Positions 39,557-51,228 of a stretch of 64,000 bases of DNA are shown piece after piece. How positions within the stretch are numbered: the stretch's first letter is position 1; every line of letters starts with the position of its first letter. The DNA comes from Bugula neritina. Its lineage: Eukaryota; Animalia; Bryozoa. The stretch covers positions 25,667,504 through 25,731,503 of the forward strand of contig OZ037765.1 in assembly GCA_964035545.1 (NCBI GenBank), read 5' to 3'. Under the pieces are notes generated by a model that was given only the letters and a program-made list of their open reading frames with translations, was not told the DNA's origin and ran no database searches. A program made the position numbers and the translations under genes.

Positions 39557-41882
39557 TTAAGCAAGTCTAGAAGTTAGGTACATACAATAATTGGATTGCT
39601 CTATAAATGAGTGGCATGAAAGGAAGCAAACACGATTTAAACCCATGCCTAATTTGAAAACTTCTAATTGCATTATATTTAGCTGTGCTAGTTGGTGTGT
39701 ATAATTTTCTCAGGTTATTCAGTGGTAAGGATAATTTAACTCTTCAAAAATACAATTGCCATTTCTCTGTACTGCTTCATAAATTTAAATGAAACATAAT
39801 AATGTTGACCAAGACATCCTATGCGTAGGACAGAGATTTGAATGAGAAATAAACTAATCAGGTGCAATAGAAAGAATACTGCAGTAAGTTTCCTGTCTCT
39901 AAAGCATGCTAGAAACACTAAATTAAACTCACATACTTGACGAATAAATATTTCCTTAATCATTGCAGGGTTTAACCTATTTTTATAAAATGCAAACTTT
40001 TTATTCAAAAGCTTGCCTAATTAAAAACCAAGCCAATGAAGAAAATCAGGTTTGTTGAACTTTAAAACTGCCATATTATTTAACAAAACGGCTAAAAAAA
40101 CAAAAAGTAACAAGCCTGCATTATAGGTGTAAATATTTTGCATATATTTGTGCTAAGAATTGATTGTCAATATAAAACTGATAAAAAAACAAATTACCAG
40201 CTTGCATATTGCCATTGTCATAAATATAAATAGTGTTAATTGCAATTCAATTTTAAATAGTGAATGTTTTTTCCTCAAATTGATCCAAAATATTAGTTGC
40301 TATAAAAAAAACCTGTTTGATACTGATTCTATTGCTATGCATTGTCATCTTTAACAGCTGCATGCAAATCATCACTAAAAAGATATATATTACTAAAATA
40401 TTATCAATATCATAATGATATTGATATTATTATAGTAATACTTAGTTGCTTAAAATTAACTGTAATTGAGAATTAGTGATACTAATACTAATAGTAATAA
40501 ACCAAACAACGTTAACTATTACATTATTACAGTCAAGTATTAGTACACCTTCAATTATAACATAAGATTTGCATAACTCATAAGACCAGTGATAATCACA
40601 ACTCTACATACATTTAAAACTTAGAAGTTGTTTATTACCCAATAAGTTATAAGCATAACTAATAGTTAATACAGCAATATTTATACCAACACCTTTACAG
40701 TAGTACAAATACTAATAGTAAAATTATTAATAGTAACATTATTACTAATAGTATTAGTAATACTAATAACTATAATTATCAGATATAACTGCAAGTATTT
40801 ATAATATTTATATTAATTGCTTACTTTTAATTTTAGTACTGAATTAGTCTTAGCAGTATCATTACCATTATGACTACGACTATTTTAAATTTAATTTATT
40901 ATTATTACTATTAGAGTATTACTAATACTATAATACTCATTTGACTCATTAATACTAATAGTAATTATTATTAATATTATTACTATTACTATTAGTATTA
41001 TAATTATTATAATACTAATAGTAACATTCTAATGCTAATAGTAATAGTAATAACTTTATAGTAATAGTAATACTTATAGTTATACTAATAATAATCAGTA
41101 ATGCGTATGATACTCATAGTCATACATTACTCATACGCATACGGATACTCATACTGATGCTAGTGATACTGATACTGATAGTCTTAGCCAATACTTTCAG
41201 TTTCAGCTTCTGTTTAAAAAGTTGATGTTTTCAAAACAGTAATAATTATTACCGTTGACATTGAGAGAACAATAGTAACTACTTAAGCGCTTTTAATGTT
41301 AATCTTTTACAATTTTAGTTTATTTTAGTTTTTACGTTAAACTTTCACTTTCACTTTGAAAATGTCTTGGAGTTGGAGTTGAAGTTTTGGACGGAGTCTG
41401 AGTTTAAACCGAGTCCAACTTTCACTGTCATTTGGCAAAAGCTACATTAACTAAACTTAATTAGCAGTGAAAAATTTGTTATTACATTAAATGTCAAATC
41501 TTACTCATCAAGCAAGTATACTATTTTTTAAAAACTAATAATTTTAATCACAAGTTCAAGTTGAAGTACGAAGAGGCAAGCTATTTTGCCGGAAACAGAT
41601 AGTTTCTCTATCAACGAGGAATATTATCAAGTCCGTTTTACACTGATGCGAATGAATGGCACTTGTGTTTTGGGGTACAGGAAACCGGTATCTGTAATCA
41701 AGGAAGCTTTTTGGCAAACAACCACCTGTTAATGTCAAATAGTTAAAATCACTTAGTTTTATGCTTGAAAACTATCTCTACAATTAGTTTTTTGAGCCTA
41801 TTTTTTAGTTTGAATTAAATTTGGTTTGTTTTTTTTACTGGTTTGGCTACTATTACTCATAAGTACTATTTATATATTTAAA

Positions 41883-44800
41883 ATGGCCAATATAACTGTT
41901 GTTCTCAATAGAGGAAACGGTGCGTCTCCATGGGGTTTTAGACTACAAGGAGGAGCAGATTTCAGATCCCCTTTAGTGGTTCAAAGGGTAAGTAAAACTG
42001 AAAATAAATGTCAATAAAATTTTAATGCTCAATAGTTGATGCAATTAATGAATTATATCTCTGTATAAAAGCCTAGGACGTAGGAAGTTGAAGTGTCAGT
42101 GACAGTGCTCAGAGTCAGTAGTGAGTAGTGATTTTTATTTTACTTTTACTTATAGTTTAAGGCTTAAGTGTAAGTTATAGTTCTACTTTTACGGACAGTG
42201 ACAATCAGTGTCACAGTAAGTGTGACTTACTCTGATCAGTATTATACATATACCTGTACTGATACTGTTAGACTATTAGTTATAATTATATCTGGGGTTA
42301 TCCCTTTAAGTTAATAAAATCAAATTACATTATTATATTGACTGATAGTGATATCCGTATCGTGTGACTTTTTTCATAATATGCCATCAACTTAGAGCTA
42401 AATAGTTCTAAATGAGAGCTCATAGATTGTGATTGTTTTTATATTTTAATAATTATCATGATGTTAATGGTTACCTGGTTAATGAATACCCCAAACCTCA
42501 AAACCCAAACCCCCTTACATTACAATTAAAATATCCTAACTTAGCTATATGCTACAATAGATATATTTCAATACATGATAAACCCAAACAAAAACAACAT
42601 AAGAGGCACTCATAATTTTGCGCCTGTAGGTGTTAGCAGAGTGTTCTAATTTTTACGAGGTGAGTTATATTTATTGCATATAGCAAAGTACTTAATAAAT
42701 TTTGCTAATAATTTGTACGACAGTAACGTGAATAATATACTGGCAGTTGTGATGGTGATACTTTAACCCACATTCTGCTTGTAATAAAACAACATTTGTG
42801 ATTGGAAAACATTATAATAGTTCAACTCAATTTAAAAAAATACTCAGCAAAATTGTAGTGTGGGTGGTAAGCACCCATCATCCTAGCTGTTAGAAACAGT
42901 AACACTTCAAAATCAAAATTAAATTCCATGCATTGTCCATTAATATTGGTGTCTTAACTATTTTATTAAAAACTTGTAATCATATGTTTATAAGGTGGGT
43001 TTACAACTACAAAATGTTTTTATATAAAATTGTTCAGCTTCCTTGATGTGTTATAAGGCCCATGTAGTTAATGTTTATTCAACAGCTTTCTTTTAGTAGC
43101 ATTATGTTGCTGTTGCTTGCTTAGGAGTTATGCTATGCTATGTGTAGTTTCATTCTTTCAACTTGATAGTCTGATATCATATAATATTTCAAAATTGTAA
43201 TAATAATTTGTTACAAGCATCTACGTGAGTATGTAGAATTAGATTGGAATGTATTACTTGGTATGCAATTGTTACAACTGTACGGTGCCAATGTAAATGG
43301 TATGTGGAATTTGATCATCAACTATGCGACTATCTAAACAGTTATAAGAAAATCACCATCTCGTGTCAGTTAACTTACTATTGCCTAACAATCAAAGGAT
43401 TCATATCACTTTAAGGTTAAAGAGTCATGAATTATCTCACAAGTTAGTGGTCTGAGTTTATTCACCTTCAGGAAATTGCTGATTAATCATTTTGAACTGA
43501 AAAATCACTTGTTGGTTATGGTTCAAGAAATTGTAACTTAGCTAAAAGAGGTTTTAGTGTATAGTTTTAATTTTATAGCATGGCTTTTGAACTTCTAAAT
43601 TTACTACTATATTTAGTATAATATGGTAGTCAAAGAAGCATTCAAGCTATGCTACTGGAGGTGTATGAAATATGATGCAGTTTTAACTTGTATGAGGTCC
43701 AGACCTCTAATTATAGTTGTAATTCATAAATGAGAAATCTTCTTGTGTTAAAACATATAGCAAATTAGCAATGGTACATTTTGTTTGAATTTAATGTACT
43801 TGTACTTGTATTAAAATGGAGTTGTAGCCTAAGTTACAAAGCAGTTTTCTTCCTTGTCACACTTAATATTTTCTGTCTTGTAATTACTGAGTAAGACCCG
43901 AAATACATGCTTTCATTAGATTTTGCATAAAAACTCACAAAAACCTATGAATTTAGTATATCATGATGTGACGTTTTAAGTGATATGTCATTGTGTGTTC
44001 ACTATAGTTTTTTATGAAACAAAGAATCGAATCGAATGTGTTTGTTGAACTGCTATTGGTCAAAAAAATTTCTGTTAAATATGATAATTCTTTAAAATAT
44101 GATATATTGTCTAAGTTTACCTTTTAGTGTTTTTCTTTTTAGGAAGTTTTTCAAACATTTTGTAGTTAATATTGTCATCAGTAATGTGTAATTATCTTAT
44201 TAGTAGTCTAATTTATATATTGTAATTCAAGAACTTTGAAAACAAATGTAAAATTAAACAGTATGGCTTACAATAATAATTGTTATACAAGTGTTTAATG
44301 ATGGTTTCAGTTTTCCAGTTATATAAAACTCATATCATTACATTGATGTCTATTTTAGGTGAATCCTCGTAGTATTGCTGAACAGTCTGGACTGTATGTT
44401 GGAGATGTGATACAAGAGATCAATGGGCTCCAGACCTCCACCATGAGGCATCAGGAGGCACAGCAAACCATAATCAATGCTGGCAACAGGATTACATTAA
44501 ACATTAGCAGGTGAGAGGGAGAAGTAACCTTCTGGTAATTACCTGATATAATTGATTAGTCAGTGGTTATATTGTTCAGACATGAACATTTTTCTGACTG
44601 GCATATTTAGTATCTGATAATTAGCAAACTCTAGACAAATTATAACATGTTATTCTCAAGATTTACGACCAATCAGATTATAGTTTGAAAATATATAGCA
44701 AGTATATCTTCGCAATCCGTTAGTTGCTGGTTTTGTTCGGTTCCTATCAGTCTGCTTCGAAGGTATTAGTAAATCGCGTAAGTATGAGTTACCGCCACTC

Positions 44801-47800
44801 GAGCTACACCTCTCCTCTGGGCTCCCATAGCTACAACAGTACGAGCTACGTGTCACCTTTGGGCAACTCCAGGTATTCTTCCACGTCGTCCTATGATTCG
44901 TACGGCAGTGGTTCTGGCCTTGGCAGATCCAAGTATGGGTCAGGTCTTGGTTCAAGCTATGGTGGATCAATGGGAACCTTGCCTGGCTCTTCGAGATTCT
45001 CTCGTTATGATGATGCTAGCTCGCTGTCTCGTTACACGCCAACCAGTTCGTCGTACAGTAAACCCAGTAGATATGATTCTATGAGTTCCCTGTACACACC
45101 GCGTACTAGCTACGTGCCGCGTAGTGATTATGTGCCTCGCTCCAGTAGGCCAACGTCCAGTTATGACCGAGATTATAGCAGAACGACATACCAGGCTACA
45201 GATAGTGATGTCAGCCCTCGCAGATCTTCTCGGAAAACAAGATTTGCTGATGAGGAGCCACCATCTGGCAAGGGAGCTTCTGAAACTGACTTGAAAGTAA
45301 AGACGTCTGCTAAATCTTCAGATACCAGGGCAGCTCGAAGTCAAAGAAAGGAGTAAGTCTTGTCTTCAAGTGTGGCAAATACTTAATTATTTGCACATAT
45401 ATTTTCTTAGAATTCGCTACTCATTTTGTGCCTAGGTCATGGGCTAAAGTTAGTTGTGCTATAGAGAAAATAATAAATACAAGTTGTACTCAGTCATAGT
45501 TGAGACCTACAGAACTACTAGCACCGATGCTAGTCGAGACCCTGGGTCTGGTAAGGAAACTCAACAATTGGTAAGAAAGAACCACTGAAATCAACTGCTA
45601 TATCAATTCAAGTCTGTAATCTGCTACCAACTCAACTCGATGAGCCATTCAGACAAGCTGTTTTATGAATAAACAAACTAATAACTTAACATTTGATATT
45701 CAGTAACTGTAATTTCTTGTAGTAGTTTCATTAAAGTCTACTTTACAGCAGAATGTTTTGTTTTCTTTAGTAATTAAACAGGAAGTGTTGAAGATTTTAA
45801 AAATGACCGAGTGTTTATAAAGATAATTTTCGTTAAATTGTCCTTATCACTTTTGCAGTAGATCCGAGTAAGTAAGATCTACATCATTTTTCTTTCTTTA
45901 CTAATTAGTCAACTTTACATTGGTGCTTCTCACACTGCTGCCTTAGATTAGTTTTCTCTTGTTGACAAAATTACTTGTTGGCTTGCTTGCTGAAACAATG
46001 AAATGTCATGTCTATTTGTTAAAACTGATCAAATATCTGCCTCACATGCCTTGTATTTGCAGAGCCATAAAACTATTTATATTAACAGTGCAATATTTCA
46101 GCTAAAATTAATTTGGTGTTGATTAACATCAGACACATTAATGAGGCATACAAGTATAATAAATTTGCTTAATAAGCTTTACTATATTTTGTTAATGGTA
46201 CATAATTTCTACTTTTCATCACTGGTAATTAACATTTCATATTACATTATGGTGGATTTACATGGTTATTACAATCTATTTCTCTGTTATATTCATTTGC
46301 AATTTCTGCTCTAAGCACATCATTACTCCTGCCAACAACACTTAAGGAATTCTTTTCTAAATAATATTATTATGTTTAAATGTAATTGATTATTAGTATA
46401 AATTTGTCGAAATGGATAGAGTATATCATTATCATGTAGTTTATAGAAGAAACATAGTTCTAGCAATTACGTAATATACTTCCTTCTTCAGAGTTTAAAT
46501 TTACTTTTTATTAACTAATTTGATGGCAGCCTATCCCAATGAAGTGTTTACACTGGACTGATTTACTTATCTGTTCATGTATTTGCCATAGAGGTTCTAG
46601 TCCAGTGCCCAACCGGTCTGCAGAGCCTAACATCTCAGAGCTCACCCGAAAGACTGAGAGTCTAAGTGTAGACAACTCTGCCCAGCAGCAAAGGTAGCCT
46701 GAGTTCCTATACTTTGCATGATGGCAGTAGTTCAGCAAGAGATTTGACTGGCAGTTTTTTGCTTTCTAATAATCCAAGTGCATTTTGAAAGACATGTTTT
46801 TGTAGAAAGTTATACATTTTTATTAATCTAATTTCGCATGATGATATGCTAGTGCATGTGTGTGACTTTGCATGGTAAAAATTGCCAATCCTATAGATCA
46901 GTGTCTCCAAGTTTCCAAGATTTTGGTAAGCAAACAGCTGAGAGCGCTAGATACCAAGAGCAAGTTACCGATACCCCGCAATACCGACCCTACACTAACC
47001 CTGATCTACAGTCTCAGTCATTCAAGACCCTGCAAACTGTTGTTGACTCTGGAAGAGGTAACTTTTGTTTATACAATTTCCTGTATTTTTGTTTCAAATG
47101 TCTATTCCTTTACTGTAAACATTATATTATTTGGATCATACAATAAATTATATTGAAAGAAATATTTATATAATTCAGAATTTTAAAACTTGACTGCGTT
47201 CGGTAATTATGCTTCCAAAACTTTTAAGCATTGGGAAATAATTTTTATTTTGTTATCTACTGGTACATAAAATTCATTCTTATTGTGAATTAGTAGTTTG
47301 TTTAGTTAGGTTGACTGATGACAAAGAGGCAATTTTTATACGTTATGCTAATTGTAGAAGAACCACCTAACAAAAATATTTATAACAACCCTGCTGGGCT
47401 TTACCAGAAGTAAGTTGAGATAGCACAGTCAAAACAAGCAGTGTTACTGCTACTTGCCCTTCTATAGTGCCAGTTGTCTTGTCTAGTAGGATATCTAGCT
47501 ACTTAATACCCCATTCTCTCAACACTAACACTTTCTAACTGTTCTCTCTCACTTTCAATTGTTACGGACACGCACTAAATGCACAGAGATTTTTACTCAA
47601 TATAAACTCAAATGCTTTTGTAACACTATTTTAACTCAAATCAAACTCTGTGTATTTTGAAATTGCTAATTTTTTTCAGTTAGAAACAAACTCTTGCAAA
47701 ATAATGTTGGCTGTACAGCAATTAAATAGAATCTGATTTTTTCTTCTATGGGGCTTACTCTATCTTATAATGCATAACATTGAGTTAGCGCTGCTACTGT

Positions 47801-50618
47801 ACTTCTAGCTAGATACCACTTCTCAGTAGGCATGATGTAACACTGTAGAAGAATAGATAGAGAGTTATATCTGTCTGTTTATCTTACTTTCAGATCCTGG
47901 TAGTTACTTCCAGAAAGCGCCTTGGCAGAGGTAGTTTACTAATAATATAATAACACTGCGGTAACCATACCCTTCTAATCGGCCATATATACCTTAGACA
48001 CATTTAACTTTCTTCTTAATTTTTAAAAATTCTTCTTGTTTTCTGTAATATTGAAACAAATGAAATGTGTATGTCTATCAGGAACGTTTAATGTAAATGT
48101 TTGGATAAATTTTTAATGAAATTTACAGAAGTACATAATGTATATCCATACCTAGATAAACAGTTTGTATATTTTTTATTTTCACATTTATATTCTATGC
48201 TTCTTCGAACAGTTGTGTGTTTTGTTATGCTATCACTGCATCTTACTGCATCTTGCTGCTGCATGTCTCTGGATCCAGAGCATTCTACGGTTGGGCATGT
48301 CGTGTGTTTATTTGCAGCTTGTGGTACATTTTGCAGTGAAACTGTTAACCAAGTTAGTGAGGCTCCACGGAAATACACTCCATCTCACACCTGGGCTGCT
48401 GTTCATTCAGATAGCGGTAGTGGTGCACCTAGGCCTGGTGCTCATTCTGCATCGCAGGCTGGCCCTTATAAGCCTCCATCTGCACCAACCTCAAAATATC
48501 AACCTCCCCCACCATCCAATAACCCCCCATCGCAATACAAGCCTCCAAGTTTCTATAAGTGAGTGTGTGCTTGTAGTAACTCTGATATAGTGTTGCAGAT
48601 GAGACAGTCTTCATGCATATTATACTGATGCACCATGCGACCTTATATATAGCAGTACAAATTGTTGTAGTGGGTAGCAAATATATTTGCATGGAAATAT
48701 TTGTATAATTGATATGTAGAGCCAATATCTAAAATGTAAATTTTTTAGCTTTTTCATTAACAATTTAAAATGAAGCGTAATCTAAACATCAATTAGTTTA
48801 AGTTGCTACCCTCTTAGTTGGAATTGGTACATGTATGTTTCATATTTGAACATTTTCAGAGCCCCATTACTCTACTTTCATGTTTCAAGTTTATAGTTTT
48901 ATTGTGAAATCACTTAAAATTAAGGACTTAGATACATTGTGTGCCAACTAAGCAGTTTGAGTCCATTTTAGTGCTCCCAAGCCGTCTGCAGTGGGCCCTA
49001 AGCCATTTGCCCCTTCGCAGCAAGATCCAGCTGGAGATGGTGTGGTTACAAAGGGCACGTCTGCTATGAACCAACAAGCTGGCAGCTCAGACAAGACACC
49101 CATTTGCGCTAAATGCAATGTTGAAATCAGGTTTGTGTTCAATCTCAAATTATATTGCTAATTATTGAATAAATGTATTGTTATTTGAGCACCCAGTACT
49201 TATTGAAATTTTTGAAGTTTGAATAAATGTGTATAAAATGTTAAACTTATTGTAAATCCATTGAACACTAGCTAGTTATTTGTATATAATATACAAATTA
49301 TAATTCCATTATTGACATGGAAAATATTTAGTAATTTTTATTCTTGTAGAGGACCTTTCGTGTTGGCCTTGAATAAGTCATGGTGTCCAAATCATTTCAC
49401 TTGTTCTAAATGCAACAGTGAACTAGTCAACATGGGCTTTGTGGAACTGAATGGAAATGTTTATTGCGAGAATGATTATGAGAGCTTCTTTGCACCGAAA
49501 TGTGCCAAGTGCAGGCAGGCAATAATCGGGGTAGGTCTGTGAAATTTATTCTGGGAGTTCAGACGTATAAAGTAATAATAGGTTATCCCAAAGCATCATA
49601 CTTTATCTTTAAACTACTTGTTTGTTTAGTTTCACATCTGAAAAGAATGTGATGTAATTTAGCATGTTTTTATTGCTCAACATCCTATTCTTCCTTTTAT
49701 TATCTGTATTATAGCTCTAGACAAGGCTATAAATATTTTCACATGAAGCTGTTCCCTGTATTTAAGATCATTTATATTGCATCTACTGCCCAATACTAAA
49801 TTCTTGACATTTTCCTCACTAATTAAAACACCACTATTATAATCAGCATAGGCAGTTATTAGCTGTAATTGTTTTACTCTATATATAATATATATTCATG
49901 ACTTATCATGTAAGCATAGATGATGATTAGCCATAATTGCAACACCAATTAATTGTAAGAAGCTGAAACATTGTTTTCAGAGTGTAAGCTTTCAAGAAAT
50001 AGTTTTATAGTTGCATCATGTTTAGATATGTAGTCTATCAAAGCACAATAAAAACTGCTAAAATCTTAATTTACGAATTGGACATACTTTATATGCAGGA
50101 CACAATAAATGCTTTGGAGAAAACGTGGCATCCCAATTGTTTCGTGTGTGAAGAATGTGGGGAGGCCATAAGCAGCGGAGCTTTTCATGTGGAACAAGGC
50201 AGACCCTACTGTATGAAAGGTGATTTACTTTGTCAAATATGTTCAAGGACATTCTTAACATAGTTCAGTTTTTGTGCATCATATTGTGCATATTTGATAG
50301 CAAATTTAATGGTAGTTTGTCTTAATAGACTGGCAAAGGCTATTTCAAACCAAATGCAGTGGATGCACCTTCCCAGTAGAGCCTGGTGACAAATGGATTG
50401 AAGCTCTAGGTGCTAACTGGCATTCTGAATGCTTTGTATGTGGGGTAAGTGCATCTTATACAACAGTAACTCATGAATTTTCTATCACAGAAAGCAGGTA
50501 TAAAAACATGGTCAACCATTGTAATTATCTGATACAGGTTTGCAAAATCCAATTAGAAGGGAAACCATTTTACCCTAAAGAAGGCACGCCCCTGTGCAAA
50601 GACCATGCTTCTCGTTAA
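41883..50618 (+). CDS. PDZ and LIM domain protein, Zasp/Enigma (LDB3/PDLIM5/7-like): PDZ + ZM-like motif + 3 LIM
   Basis: Exons 41883-41987 ([12 protein letters not shown]), 44359-44510, 46592-46693, 46897-47057 (QSQSFKTLQ), 47358-47409 (IYNNPAGLY) or 47894-47930, 48337-48558, 48972-49130, 49350-49530, 50100-50219, 50329-50444, 50538-50618; three CxxC..(H/C)xx(C/H)xxCxxC..CxxD/H LIM domains; phases consistent. Confidence 0.93.
44784..45352 (+). CDS. Ser/Tyr/Arg-rich probable alternative first coding exon of the PDZ-LIM gene
   Basis: 190-codon GC/CpG-rich open frame inside intron 2, ending at a strong donor GA|GTAAGT; can splice in frame via 45513-45550 and microexon 45859-45871 to exon 46592. 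Confidence 0.65.
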
Positions 50619-51228
50619 CACTGCTTGTTTGAGTGGCTATCTTTATCTTCTCTGGCTGTTTAGCGGTAAACTTGTGTTTCTTCAAATGTGATAACAATTG
50701 TACTCACAAAATATTTTTGTTTATCTGCAATACTTATGCATGGTTTGAGGTTTAACCTTCTATTTTCTCATGACAGATATTTGTATTAATATGGTAGCAT
50801 TTAACAAAAAATGTTTTGTGTTGCTTATGCTTAAAAAGATGCTTATGCACATACGCCTAAATATAGTGGATGTAATTATGCATTAATATTAGATATAGTA
50901 TCCATTTCTTTACTATAATTCAACTGCTTAGTCATTTTAATAAATATCATATTCTGGTGTCATTCTTAAGTTTTTATAAATTTTTTCAAGTCTAATTCTA
51001 TAATTTTTGCATTTTTAACAACGTTATCTTAAACATAACTCTTGTTATGCAATTAGATACAGCTTCTTTTAGTTTTACTTACAATGATCTTATATTTTGT
51101 CACTCTTTGCTAAATTGGCTGCTGCATTTATAAAATAAATATATGAAAGTATTTCATGACATTACAAGTGATCTGTTTCTGTAGATTAGTAAAACTTTCT
51201 TCTGGCTTCCATACACCTCTGCCATAAA

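Noticed and set aside
42380-42640. Possible old repeat with AACCC/CCTAAC motifs (telomere-like)
   Set aside because: Too degenerate; no clear TIR, TSD or tandem telomeric array.
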